A DNA stretch of 63,905 bases, filler included, from Malassezia furfur (taxonomy: Eukaryota), in NCBI GenBank assembly GCA_052055015.1. It is 7 parts of 7 records of this genome, joined end to end, with 100 filler letters (N's around TTAATTAATTAA, not from the genome) between each part and the next. Parts side by side here need not be neighbours in the genome. Positions count along the whole stretch, not along the records: positions 18,693 to 27,892 come from JBQJIT010000432.1; positions 27,993 to 37,169 come from JBQJIT010000433.1; 5 more parts are not named here. One strand, 5' to 3'. How positions within the stretch are numbered: the stretch's first letter is position 1; each line of letters begins with the position of its first letter. This document shows, piece after piece, positions 21,667-33,433 of this stretch. The position numbers were made by a program, and so were the translations under genes. The notes beneath the pieces are model-generated. The model did no database searches and was not told where the DNA came from. It saw nothing but the letters and a program-made list of their open reading frames with translations.

Positions 21667-22848
21667 ATGCTCCGGATCGGCAAGCCTAAGAATGCACGCT
21701 CGAAGCGCGCGCTCGAGCACCGTGAGTCCAAGGACTACGAGAATGCCAAGACTGCTGTGTTCGTCAAGGGCCACCGCACCTCGGAGAAGGTGAACACTGC
21801 ACTTGCGGAACTGGCGGCGCTCAAGAAGCCCGACTCGATCCCATTCAACAAGCACAATGACGTGCTCCCGTTCGAAGACGCGTCGACCATCGAGTTCTGG
21901 GGGCAGAAGAACGACGCGAGCCTGTTTGTTGTGGGCAGCAGCCAAAAGAAGCGACCCGACAACCTGTGCTTTGTGCGCCTCTTTGACGGACAAGTGCTCG
22001 ACATCCTTGAAATGGGCATCCTCGACGCCCAGAGCATGACCGCTTTCAAGACGTCCAAGCCGGGCGTCGGCATGCGCCCTCTTTTCCACTTCTCAGGGCC
22101 GGAGTTTGCCGCCGATGCCGCCGAGGGCGACCGTCTGACCGAGGCCGGCGCCAGTCTCATGCCCTCGGGCTGCTTCCTGCACCTCAAGTCGCTCCTTCTT
22201 GACTTCTACCGCGGCGAGGAGCTCCATCCGAACCAGATTGCGCTCGGCGGACTCGACTATGTGATCTCCGTGAGCGTTTCGCCGCTCTCGGCCAAGCCGG
22301 ACCAGGAGGACGGTGGGAACGACCTCGCGAGCCTTTACCGCGCGGCAGGCATCTCGGATAAGATCACGGGCGGTACTTCGGTGCACCGCTGCCCGCCGTG
22401 CGTGATCCATTTCCGTGTGTACACGACCAAGATGATTGCATCGGGCACCAAGACGCCCCGCATGGAGCTGGAGCTGTGTGGCCCGTCATTTGATTTCGAG
22501 CTGCGTCGCCGCATGCCGGCCAGCGACCGCATGACGCAGGCGCTTCGCCGGCCCAAGACTGCCGAGCAGAAGAACACGCAGGGCAAGGGCAAGCGCAAGA
22601 ACATTGACACTGACGAAATGGGTGACATGGTCGGCCGCGTGCATCTTGGGAAGCAGGATCTCTCTGCGCTGAATGTGAAGAAGGTCAAGGGTCTTCGTGG
22701 TCCCAAGTTTGACGACGAGGACGAGAACCCTGCATTTGACGAGGAGGACGAGGAAGACGAGGAAGACGAGGAGGAGTATGAGGATGATGAGGACGAAGAG
22801 GACGAAAAGGACGAAGAGGATGAAGAGGATGAAGAGGATGAAGAGTAG
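21667..22848 (+). CDS. RPF2: Ribosome production factor 2 (Brix domain) with acidic C-terminal tail
   Basis: KPKNARSKRAL, PFED..IEF...KNDASLF, KKRPDNL, ELCGPSFDF, GRVHLGKQDL motifs. Confidence 0.93.
   Translation: MLRIGKPKNARSKRALEHRESKDYENAKTAVFVKGHRTSEKVNTALAELAALKKPDSIPFNKHNDVLPFEDASTIEFWGQKNDASLFVVGSSQKKRPDNLCFVRLFDGQVLDILEMGILDAQSMTAFKTSKPGVGMRPLFHFSGPEFAADAAEGDRLTEAGASLMPSGCFLHLKSLLLDFYRGEELHPNQIALGGLDYVISVSVSPLSAKPDQEDGGNDLASLYRAAGISDKITGGTSVHRCPPCVIHFRVYTTKMIASGTKTPRMELELCGPSFDFELRRRMPASDRMTQALRRPKTAEQKNTQGKGKRKNIDTDEMGDMVGRVHLGKQDLSALNVKKVKGLRGPKFDDEDENPAFDEEDEEDEEDEEEYEDDEDEEDEKDEEDEEDEEDEE
22711..22845 (+). repeat. GAN-rich low-complexity repeat encoding a poly-Asp/Glu tail
   Basis: Imperfect GAAGAGGAT / GAGGAAGAC 9-nt units. 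Confidence 0.7.
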
Positions 22849-22976
22849 ACCGTTGGTAGGCAATCTATACCCAGTGCTATGAACATGCACAACCAAGGGG
22901 TGGCTGAAGCCATGGCACTGCGCTGTAAGGTGCCGAGCGTTCAAGTATGCACGGAGTATGATGCCCACTAGCCGAT

Positions 22977-23066
22977 GACTTTATAACTCAGTTGGTTAGA
23001 GTACCACGTTAACAACGTGGAAACGGTTTACCGTGGAAGTCCCCGGTTCGAGCCCGGGTAAAGTCA
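22977..23066 (+). tRNA. tRNA-Val(AAC) with probable 16-nt intron 23015-23030
   Basis: Acceptor stem GACTTTA/TAAAGTC, D-arm, CCACG-TT-AAC-A anticodon arm, GGTTCGAGCCC T-arm, TTTTT terminator downstream. Confidence 0.9.
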
Positions 23067-23616
23067 TTCTTTTTGTCCAGCTCCGGAGCTTAGAGATGCC
23101 ACGAGTTTTTTATTTTTATTTTTATTTTTTTCCGTATCCGTCTCATCAGATTACATAATCCCAGCGGCCGCGGGGCAGAAGGCCCCCCCAACCCGTGGTA
23201 TATGCATACGTGACGTGAATTTAGCAAACTATGCATCAGATACGCATGACTTGAACGCGTTCCCCACGCAGAATTACTTGTTTAGGAAAAAACAAACCTG
23301 CATCTCGGCGGTTGTTTTGGCGGGGGTGCGCGGGAATGGCAAGCGGCGCGCGTCACGCAAAACAACCGTATGCGGCTTGCCGATCGCATTGGACGGACTA
23401 GATCATGCCATATGCAGGCGGGTACTGGGTATGAATCCGGCGGAGCGCGTTGGATCGGCCTGGCTTGCATGCCCGGAAATATATCGGATGCGTGTTTGTT
23501 GTTAACTCTTGCCTCAAGTCGGTAAGGCTTTCGCAGTGTTCCCTACTTGAACCGGGTTTTGCTCTTACCATCGCAACCCTTCCCACCTCGTTGCACGAAC
23601 TTTTCAATACTATACC

Positions 23617-24200
23617 ATGGTCGACCTCAGCTCTGCCGTCCGTCGCGGTCACCCGATCGCTTTCGGTATCTTCACCGTGATTGCCCTCATTGTGGCTATC
23701 ATCGCCTCGGCGGTCGTCGCCGACTTCAACTCCAACGGCCAGCCCGCCTCGAAGCTTGTCCGTGACTCGACTCGTTTCATGGTCTTCGCCGGCTGGTGGG
23801 GCTTCCTCTTCTCGCTGGTTTACGTACGTACACGACAAACGCGAGCAGACATACTAACCGTTAGATTGGTCTCTTCCTTTCGGGCATTGGTGGCTTCCTT
23901 TCTTCGATTGCCTCGCACGCTGTGTTCATCTTTGTTACCTGGGTCTTCTGGCTGTCCGGCTCGGCGGCCCTCTCGACCAAGGTCGGCAGCGCGGACTGCG
24001 ATGCGAGCGACAACGGCATTCCGGACTGCTCGGCTCTCCGTGCCATCTGCGCCTTCGGCTGGATTGGCTGGTACGTACTCTAAAGGGGGAAAAATGGCTA
24101 ACACTCCAGGGTTGAGCTCACCTGCATGCTCGGTGTCATTTGCTACCTTGCGTACAAGGCGTTCAGCGGCGGCCGCGGCATGAACGATGGCTTCGCGTAA
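23617..24200 (+). CDS. MARVEL-domain four-TM membrane protein; introns 23824-23864, 24071-24109
   Basis: Four hydrophobic helices, WVFWLSGSAAL..C..C..LRAICAFGWI pattern after splicing. Confidence 0.75.
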
Positions 24201-25153
24201 GCGCAAGAGGCCCATTTTGATACACCTCGTTGATGTTTTGCCTGTGCTCGGCAGCAAGACACCTATGAGCCTTGCTAATTGATAATTTCCTGCCCCGTTT
24301 GCCCACTCTTTATCCCCTTTATCCGCGACTGTGATTCCGCATACTCTGGGTGTTGCCTTCGAAACATACCCACGAGAGCTATGGTGATTGTTGCGTCGTG
24401 CGCACGCACGCGTTTTCGGGCAGGGCGCCGTCGCTGGTGCCGTACACGAGCGCAGGTGCGCACGAAGCCGTCACGTTGACGAGTTCGCTGTAGTTGTTAG
24501 AGCCTCCTGGTAGCCTCGCAGTCGTTTCCCTCTCCATCTATGGTGTGTCTATTGTCCGGGCCCCGCCTTGGGCGCGCGTGCGGGCGTGTATGGCGTGTTC
24601 GGTGTGTGGCGTGTATTGGACGGGCCGCCCCGCGCGGCGGGCCGCCCGCCCCGTGACGGCTGCCTCGTGACAACTGCCAGCGGGGCCCACGGCGCGTCAG
24701 GCGCGTCGGCGCGCGCGAGTCACCTGCGCGTGCGGCGGCGGGGGGCCTCTGGATCGCCCCCGCTGTTGGGCGGCGACCCACCGCGCGCTGGTTCGCCCGC
24801 CGCAGCCCGCGACGCAGCACATGGGTCGGGCGCTGCGCGGTGCCTGCCGCACGCTTACGGCAGCGCTGGGGGCTGTCCGGTGTGGCCCGGAGGACATGGG
24901 GGGTATCCATTGGGCCCGTATCATTTCGGCCGAGATGCGCTGGCCGCCTCGCGCGGCCGCGCGCGGGACGCGTGGGTTGTGCGAGCGACGCGCCCATTAA
25001 GTTGCGTTTGCGACGCGTCGCGCGCGTGGGCGACGCGCCGCGTGCGCGATCGATGAACGCGTCGCGTGCGCGCGTCGGGCGGCCCTTTTTAAACGCGGAC
25101 TCGCTCGGGGGCGGTACTGTGTCCTGACCTCGGTGTCGCTCGGTGCTGGAACG

Positions 25154-27847
25154 ATGATCTACGTGTACAAGCGAGGTGCGTGTGTCCCCCCCACTTACCC
25201 ACAGACGGACGCAAGGAGGAGGTCCGGTTCGACAAGGTCACTGCCCGTGTGGCAAAACTGTGCTATGGCCTGGACATGAACTATGTCGACCCCATCGAGA
25301 TCACGCGCAAGGTGATTGATGGCATCTACGAGGGTGTTACCACCGTGGAGCTTGACAACCTCGCGGCAGAGACGGCGGCGTACAAGACGACGACGCACCC
25401 CGACTATGCCGTGCTTGCTGCGCGTATTGCGATCAGCAACCTGCACAAGGAGACGAAGAAGACGTTTAGCCAAGTCGTGCAGGACCTGTACGAGTACGGT
25501 ACGTGGCGCCCACTCACACGCAGTCAACCCCCGCACCGGCAAGCACAGCCCGATGATCTCGGACGAGACGTACAAGGCGGTGATGGACAACAAGACGCGC
25601 CTCGACTCGGCGATCATTTACGAGCGCGACTTCCACTATGTATGTGCCAGTGACTGACTCACGCAGAACTTTTTCGGGTTCAAGACGCTTGAGCGCTCGT
25701 ACCTGCTGCGCATCAACGGCAAGGTGGCCGAGCGCCCCCAGCACATGCTCATGCGTGTGGCGGTGGGCATCCACGGCACCGACGTCGAGAGCGCGATCGA
25801 GACGTACAACATGATGTCGGAGAAGGCCTTTACGCACGCCTCGCCGACGCTCTTCAACGCGGGCACGCCGAGCCCGCAGATGTCGTCGTGCTTCCTGGTG
25901 TGCATGAAGGACGACTCGATCGAGGGCATCTACGACACGCTCAAGTCGTGTGCGATGATCTCCAAGACGGCGGGCGGCATTGGTCTCAACATCCACTGCA
26001 TCCGCGGCACGGGCTCGTACATTGCCGGCACGAACGGTGTGAGCAACGGCATTGTGCCCATGCTCCGCGTGTACAACAACACGGCGCGCTACGTCGACCA
26101 GGGTGGCAACAAGCGCCCCGGCGCCTTTGCCATCTACCTCGAGCCGTGGCACTCGGACGTGTTTGAGTTTATCGACCTGCGCAAGAACCACGGCAAGGAA
26201 GAGGTGCGCGCGCGCGACCTGTTCTACGCGCTGTGGGTGCCGGACCTGTTTATGCGCCGTGTCGAGCAGGGCGGCGACTGGACGCTGATGTGCCCCGCCG
26301 AGGCGCCCGGCCTCGCCGACTGCTACGGCGAGGAGTTTGACGAGCTGTACGAGCGCTACGAGCGCGAGGGCCGCGGCAAGCGCACCGTCAAGGCGCAGAA
26401 GCTCTGGTACGCGATCCTCGAGGCGCAGATTGAGACGGGCACGCCGTTCATGCTCTACAAGGACGCCGCGAACCGCAAGAGCAACCAGAAGAACGTCGGC
26501 GTGATCAAGAGCTCGAACCTGTGCACCGAGATCATGGAGTACAGCTCGCCCGACGAGACGGCGGTGTGCAACCTCGCGTCGATTGCGCTCCCGACCTTTA
26601 TCGAGGGCACGGGCGCGCACAAGACGTACAACTTCCAGCGCCTGCACGACACGGCCAAGGTCGTGTGCAAGAACCTGAACCGCATCATCGACATCAACTA
26701 CTACCCCATCGAGTCGGCGCGCCGCTCCAACATGCGCCACCGCCCGATCGGCATCGGTGTCCAGGGCCTGGCGGACGCGTTCATGATCATGGGCTACCCC
26801 TTTGACAGCCCCGAGGCGCGCCGTCTCAACCTGCAGATCTTTGAGACGATCTACCACGCGGCGCTCGAGCGCTCCTGCGAGCTCGCCGCCACCGACGGGC
26901 CGTACGAGACGTACGAGGGGAGCCCTGCGTCGCAGGGCCTGCTGCAGTACGACCTCTGGAACAAGACGCCTACCGACCTCTGGGACTGGGCGTCGCTCAA
27001 GGCCAAGATCGCCGAGCACGGCCTGCGCAACTCGCTGCTCCTTGCGCCGATGCCCACGGCGTCCACGAGCCAGATCCTCGGCTTCAACGAGTGCTTTGAG
27101 CCGTACACGAGCAACATTTACATGCGCCGCGTCCTTGCGGGCGAGTTCCAGGTGGTGAACCCGTGGCTGCTGCGCGAGCTCGTCGAGCAGGGCCTGTGGA
27201 ACGAGCAGATGAAGCAGCGCATCATTGCGCACGGCGGCTCGATCCAGAACGTGCCGGGCATCCCCGACCGCATCAAGGCGCTCTACAAGACGGTCTGGGA
27301 GATTTCGCAAAAGGTCATTATCGACATGGCCGCCGACCGCGGCGCGTTTATCTGCCAGAGCCAGAGTCTCAACATCCACCTCAGCGCCCCGACGTTTGGG
27401 CAGCTCACCTCGATGCACTTCTACGGCTGGAAGAAGGGGCTCAAGACGGGCACCTACTACCTGCGCACGCGCCCTGCCGCGCAGGCCATCCAGTTTACGG
27501 TGAGCAACGAGGACATTGTCGCCGCCAAGCAGTCCAAGAAGAATGCCGCCGCACAGGCCAAGGCCGAGGCCGCCGCCGCCAAGGCCAACCTCCACAACGC
27601 CGGCGACGCGCACGCCGCGACGCCCGCGGCACCCACACTGGACGCCCCGGCGCAGTACGAGCAGGTCGTCCAGGGCGTCGGCCGCCTCGGCGTGGACGGC
27701 ACCGTCACCCAGGACGGGCCGGGCCGCGAGGGCGACGATGCCGGCTTCCAGGCCGCGCTCGAGCGGCAGCGCCGCCGGCAGGAGGAGGCCGACCGCCTTG
27801 CGTGCTCGCTCGAGAACAAGGAGGCGTGCCTGATGTGCTCTGGTTAG
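25154..27847 (+). CDS. RNR1: Ribonucleotide reductase large subunit; introns 25176-25204, 25499-25523, 25640-25666
   Basis: ATP cone (VYKRDGRKE..FDK), SSCF, SNLCTEI, VCNLAS, YYLRT, C-terminal CLMCSG. Confidence 0.97.
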
Positions 27848-27892
27848 ATAGATGGATAGATGATTGGTCCCCTGCCCCCGGAACCGTTTCCC

Positions 27893-27992
27893 NNNNNNNN
27901 NNNNNNNNNNNNNNNNNNNNNNNNNNNNNNNNNNNNTTAATTAATTAANNNNNNNNNNNNNNNNNNNNNNNNNNNNNNNNNNNNNNNNNNNN
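27893..27992. other. Artificial contig linker
   Basis: Same 100-nt spacer. Confidence 0.97.
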
Positions 27993-30775
27993 GGACGATG
28001 GACACCAACTTTATGGAGACCGAGTGGTGGGTGTTCAAGACGCTCTTTGAGAAGGGCCAGGTGTACCGTGGTCTGCGCGTGATGCCCTATTCCACGGGCC
28101 TCACCACGCCGCTGTCCAACTTCGAGGCTGGCAGCAACTACAAGGAGGTCCAGGACCCGGCCGTGACGGTGGCCTTTGTGCTGCGCGACGACCCCACGAC
28201 CGCGTTCCTGGCGTGGACGACCACGCCCTGGACACTGCCGAGCAACCTCGCGTTGTGTGTGCACCCCGACCTAGACTACGTCAAGATCTGGGACGAGGAG
28301 CGTCAGCGCCACTTCATTCTGTGCGACAAGCTGCTTGGCACCGTGTACAAGGACCCGAAGAAGGCCAAGATCAAGACTGTGGAGAAGTACAAGGGCAAGG
28401 ATTTGGGTGGCATCAAGTTTGTGCCGCTGTACAACTACTTCTACGAGCAGTTCAAGGACCGCGCCTTCTGTGTGCTGGTCGACACGTACGTCACGGCCGA
28501 GACGGGTACGGGTGTTGTGCACCAGGCGCCTGCGTTCGGTGAGGACGATTACCGTGTTGCCCTCGAGCACGGCGTGATTGACAAGGAGACGCAGCCGCCG
28601 TGCCCGATCGACGAGAGCGGCCGCTATCTGCCGGTGGTTACCGACTTCGCAGGCCAGTATGTCAAGGATGCGGACAAGAACGTGCAGAAGGACCTCAAGG
28701 CACGCGACCTGCTCATTGTCCAGAGCACGATTCGCCACCAGTACCCCTTCTGCTGGCGCTCTGGCACGCCGCTCATCTACCGTGCGATCCCGGCGTGGTT
28801 CGTGCGTGTGGAGAGCATCCAGGGCGAGTTGCAGGCAAACAACCAGCAGACGCGCTGGGTGCCGCAGACCATCGGCGAGAACCGCTTCGGGAACTGGATT
28901 GCGGCCGCCCGCGACTGGAACGTGTCGCGCAACCGCTACTGGGGTACACCCATCCCGCTGTGGGTCAGCGACGACTTTGAGGAGGTGGAGTGCATCGGCT
29001 CCATCGCCGAGCTCGAGGAGCGCTCCGGGCGCACGGGCATCACCGATTTGCACCGCGACCACATCGACCCCATCACGCTGCCGTCGCGCCAGGGCAAGGG
29101 TACGCTGCGTCGCGTTGAGGAGGTGTTCGACTGCTGGTTCGAGTCGGGGAGCATGCCATATGCGCAGGCGCACTATCCGTTTGAGAACCGCGAGACGTTC
29201 GAGGCGAGCTTCCCGGCCGACTTCATCTCGGAGGGTCTCGACCAGACGCGTGGGTGGTTCTACACGCTGCTCATCCTCGGCACGCACCTGTTTGGCACCG
29301 CGCCGTGGAAGAACCTGATTGTGTCGGGCCTTGTGCTCGCCGCGGACGGCAAGAAGATGAGCAAGTCGCTGCGCAACTTCCCCGACCCGAGCCTGGTGAT
29401 CGACCGGTACGGCGCGGATGCCGTGCGCATGTACATGATCAACTCGCCCATCGTGCGCGCCGAGAACCTGCGTTTCCGCGAGGAGGGCGTGAAGGACATG
29501 ATCGCCTCCGTGTTCCTCCCGTGGCTGAACAGCTTCCGCTTCTTCCTTGCGCAGGTCGTCCTGCTCAAGAAGGACACGGGTATTGACTTCCAGTTCGACC
29601 CGAAGGCGCCGCTCTCGGAGAACGTCATGGACCGCTGGGTGCTGGCGCGGTGCCAGAGCCTGATCGCGTTTGTGCGCCAGGAGATGGAGAACTACCGTCT
29701 CTACACGGTCGTTCCGCGCCTGCTCACCATGATCAACGAGCTGACCAACTGGTACATCCGCTTCAACCGCAAGCGCCTCAAGGGTGAGAACGGCCAGGAG
29801 GACACCGTCGCTGCGCTCAACACCCTCTTTGAGACGCTCATGACCGTGTGCCGCACCATGTCGAGCTTCACGCCCTTCCTCACGGAGAACCTGTACCAGG
29901 GCCTGCGCAAGTTCCTTCCGCCGGCGGCGGACGACGGCATCGACTACCGCTCGGTGCACTTCTTGCCCTTCCCCGAGGTGCGCGAGGACTGCATGGATCC
30001 GGTGATCCAGCGCCGCTTCAGCGCGCTGCAAAGCGTCATCGAGCTCGGCCGCGCGATGCGCGAGAAGAAGAATCTTCCGCTGCGTGTGCCGCTGCGCGAA
30101 CTCACCGTGTTCCACTCGGACAAGCAGTTCCTCGACGACGTGCAGTCGCTCGCCGGCTACGTCGAGGAGGAGCTCAACATCCGCGACCTGGTCCTGTCGC
30201 AGGACGAGGACCTCTGCGCGGTACGCTTCAAGCTCCTCGCCGACTGGCCGACGCTCGGCAAGAAGCTGCGCAAGGACATGGGCAAGGTCAAGAAGGGCCT
30301 CGACCAGGTCAACTCGGCACAGGCCAAGGAGTACATGCAGTGCAACCAGATCACCATCGAGGGCATCCCGCTCGGCGAGGGCGACCTGCGTGCGCAGCGC
30401 TATGTCGACGAGGCAGCGCTTGCGTCGCACATTCTCAGCGACACCGACGGCCAGGTCGTTGTTCTGCTCGACACCGAGGTGCATCCCGAGCTCCAAGCGG
30501 AGGGCGCTGCCCGCGATGTGATCAACCGCATCCAGCGTCTGCGCAAAAAGGCGGGGTTACAGCCCACGGACACCATCGACTACTTCTACCGCTTCACCGA
30601 GGGCATGGCCGATGCACTCGACGACGTGATGAAGACGCAGTCGGAGGTGTTTACGCGCAACTTGCGCCGTGTCCCGCGCCCCGCCGCCGAGCTCCCGGAA
30701 GGCGCCGATGTCGTCTTCGAGGAGGAGCAGGAGGTGAACGACGCCAAATTTATGCTGACGTTGGTGCGTGCATAG
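27993..30775 (+). CDS. ILS1: Cytosolic isoleucyl-tRNA synthetase, 5' truncated
   Basis: WTTTPWTLPSN, GTGVVHQAPAFGEDD, DWNVSRNRYWGTP, EGLDQTRGWFY, KMSKS. Confidence 0.96.
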
Positions 30776-30786
30776 AAAAATCCCAG

Positions 30787-31464
30787 CTAGCGTCTACTGG
30801 ACCCAAAATTCGCAAACCCCATCGCCGCCATCATCGACGCATCGTCCGGCGTTGCGGGCGGCGGCGTCGGTGCTCGCTTCGCTTCCTTGCGCCGCGCACG
30901 CTCCTCGCGCCGCCGCTGCCGCTGCGCTTCGTGCTCGGTGCGCTGCTCCTGCGCAATCTGCCGGATACGCGCGTCGAAGTCGTACCGGTCGGCGGCCGTA
31001 CGGCCCAGCGCGCGTTCCGCACGGACTGCCGCAAGCTTGGCGCGCACCTGGTCGAGCGTCGAGCGCGCTGTTTGCGTCGTTTGGCCCAGGCGGCGCAGGT
31101 GCATTCGCCCGTTGATGTGATCCAGGTAGCCGACGCTGTCCTTGCACATGCGCTTGCACAGCTCGCAGTAGTAACCCGGTCCCCGCTGCCCACCACGCGC
31201 GTCATCGACCATTGTGGTGGTGCCCAGATTCGCATCCAGCGACAGGTCGCCGTGCGCCTGCATCGTCTGCGTCGGCTTCGGCAGGTCGTTGCGCCGGCGT
31301 CCGAGCGGGCGCTTGCCCTCCTTAACGCGTTCCTCATTCTCTGCTGCACGCTCGCGGTGCTCACGATCGCGCTCGCGTGCTCGCTGTGTGTACGCCTCGA
31401 CGTCCCACTGCCGCCGCGAGGGGCCGACGCCGGCGCCGCCAGCGGCGGTCGCGTGGCCGCTCAT
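30787..31464 (-). CDS. SNU23: U4/U6.U5 tri-snRNP zinc-finger protein Snu23/ZMAT2
   Basis: RRQWDVEAY, GYYCELC...KDS..YLDHINGRMH matrin-type zinc finger, MAAMGFANFG C-terminus. Confidence 0.9.
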   Translation of the reverse strand: MSGHATAAGGAGVGPSRRQWDVEAYTQRARERDREHRERAAENEERVKEGKRPLGRRRNDLPKPTQTMQAHGDLSLDANLGTTTMVDDARGGQRGPGYYCELCKRMCKDSVGYLDHINGRMHLRRLGQTTQTARSTLDQVRAKLAAVRAERALGRTAADRYDFDARIRQIAQEQRTEHEAQRQRRREERARRKEAKRAPTPPPATPDDASMMAAMGFANFGSSRR

Positions 31465-31496
31465 GGTGGAGGAAGCGGCGCGTGGCTCCTCCACCC

Positions 31497-32052
31497 ATGG
31501 CGCAGGTCAATCCGTACGTGGGCGCACCGCTCACCCAGCGTGCTGGCATTGGTCAGCCGCGCCGACTCGCTGGCGAACGGTAGGTTGATGCGCTGACGCA
31601 GGCTTCAATAACGTGTACCAGCAGACGCTCCCGGCAGTCGATGCGCTTGCGCCGCTGCACCCCGACGATCCCCAGTGCGAACCGCTTTTGCAGGTGCTGC
31701 GCGACGGCCTGACGGCGATGGAGGGGCACACGGAGCAGATGGTCAATATGCTTTACGAGGTCGACGTGTACCTTGCTCCATCTGTGACGCAGTCCGCTGC
31801 GGGCTTCAACCCGCAAGAGGCGCTGTCGCACGTCTCGGACCTCTTTCACGTACGTCGGCGCGCGCCGCGCAGGCTGACCCGCAGAGCTACCAGGCCGAGC
31901 AACTCGCCAAGCGCGAGGCGCTGGCCGATTACACGTGCGAAGACATCACGCCGCAGCAGTTTGCTGCGCAGTGGCGCACGCTCGACGAGGTCCAGGCCGG
32001 GCGCAAGCAGGAGATGGACGACTTGGCCGACTTGTTGGCTCAATTTGGCTAG
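31497..32052 (+). CDS. Small helical protein of unknown function (about 157 aa); introns 31514-31538, 31580-31601, 31850-31884
   Basis: Three canonical GT..CT(C/G)AC..AG introns join four exons into one ORF. Confidence 0.65.
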
Positions 32053-32060
32053 CTACGGAC

Positions 32061-33419
32061 CTACAGGTGAGCTTGCATTTGCGACGCACCCACGGGCACG
32101 TGCTGTGCGGCGCCGCGCATCGCCTTGTAGCGCAGCACCTGCTGCACGTAGTCGACAAACAGCTCGTTGGTATCTTCGGGTCCGCCAGCATGCTCGGGGT
32201 GGAACTGCACGCCCCACACGGGTGCCTTGCTGGTGTCGCCCTCGAGCGCCTCGGTGCGCACGATGCCCTCAATGCTCCAGTCGTTGGCGTTGACGAACCA
32301 CGGCTTCCAGCCCTCGGGCCATGCATCCTCGCCGGTCTCGGAGTAGGCCAGCGCATACCCATGGTTTTGCGACGTGATGTACACGCGGCCCGCCTGCACA
32401 CTCATGTTGCCCGAGCCGAGCGCGAGCACGGGCTGGTTGTGGCCACGGTTGCCAAACTTCATGCGATACGCACGCAGCCCAATGGCGCATCCAATCACCT
32501 GGCTGCCCATGCAGATCCCAAACACCGGGCGGTCCCACTCGGCGATCGTCTGGGCGACCGTAGCGATGGCCGGCGCGATCGAGTTGGGACTGCCTGGTCC
32601 GTTGCTCAAGAACAGGCCATCAAACTGGTCGCGCACGGCGTTGAAGTCGTAGTTCCACGGCAGCACAGTCACCGCGACGCCCTGGCGCAGCAGCGAGCGG
32701 AGGATGTTGGCCTTGGAGCCAAAGTCGAGCAGCGCAATGTGCGCGCGCGCCGCCGCCGCGCCGCCAACCGGCTGGATGGTGTACGGCTCCTTGGTGGAGA
32801 CGCGTGCAATCAGGTTCTCGGCCATCGGGTCATGGTACTCGGCAGCGTCCGGCACGCGCTGGGCATCCTCACCGACAAGAATCGCACCGAGCGTCGAGCC
32901 CTGGTTGCGCAGCAGCGTCGTGAGCGCACGCGTGTCGACGCCCTGGATTCCGGGCACGTTGTGACGCGCACACCAGCTCGCCAGCGACTCGTACGCCTGG
33001 AAGTGCGAGAAGCGCTCGCACAGCTCGCTCACAATCACGCCGGCGGCCTGCACGCCGCGCGACTCAAGGAAGCAGCCCACGTCGACGTCCGCGGGGTGCT
33101 CACGCGCGGAACCCGGCGTGCTGTTGTCCGGCACGCCGTAGTTGCCGATCAGCGGCGTGGTAAAAGCCAGCAGCTGACCCTGGTACGAAGGGTCGGTGAG
33201 CGAGTCGGTGTACGACGTGATCGCCGTGGTGAACACTGTCTCGCCAAACACACTGTGCTGCGCACCGAACGAACGGCCTGGGAACGTCTGGCCCGTTTTG
33301 AGGCGGAGCACCGCTGGTTGCGGCGTGGGGGCCGGTGACCAGGTGGTCAGGGTGCGCTGCGCTGCCGCCCAGCGAGCTGGCCGAGCGGCGATACGAGAAG
33401 CGAAATAGATAGGAAGCAT
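32061..33419 (-). CDS. CPA1: Arginine-specific carbamoyl-phosphate synthase small chain
   Basis: GETVFTT, TDPSY.GQ, LSNGPG, FGICMG, FGNRGHNQP, QFHPE. Confidence 0.95.
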   Translation of the reverse strand: MLPIYFASRIAARPARWAAAQRTLTTWSPAPTPQPAVLRLKTGQTFPGRSFGAQHSVFGETVFTTAITSYTDSLTDPSYQGQLLAFTTPLIGNYGVPDNSTPGSAREHPADVDVGCFLESRGVQAAGVIVSELCERFSHFQAYESLASWCARHNVPGIQGVDTRALTTLLRNQGSTLGAILVGEDAQRVPDAAEYHDPMAENLIARVSTKEPYTIQPVGGAAAARAHIALLDFGSKANILRSLLRQGVAVTVLPWNYDFNAVRDQFDGLFLSNGPGSPNSIAPAIATVAQTIAEWDRPVFGICMGSQVIGCAIGLRAYRMKFGNRGHNQPVLALGSGNMSVQAGRVYITSQNHGYALAYSETGEDAWPEGWKPWFVNANDWSIEGIVRTEALEGDTSKAPVWGVQFHPEHAGGPEDTNELFVDYVQQVLRYKAMRGAAQHVPVGASQMQAHL

Positions 33420-33433
33420 GAACGGTGGGTGGA

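Noticed and set aside
22895..22975. Hairpins and a B-box-like GTTCAAGT upstream of tRNA-Val
   Set aside because: No cloverleaf or recognisable RNA family; probably the RPF2 3'UTR.
25013..25062. ACGCGT (MCB-like) boxes upstream of RNR1
   Set aside because: Biologically plausible, but CGCG-rich hexamers are common throughout this sequence, so they cannot be supported without statistics.
24497..25127. Several ORFs in the GC-rich spacer upstream of RNR1
   Set aside because: Arg/Ala/Pro-rich translations without codon bias or motifs; treated as promoter DNA.
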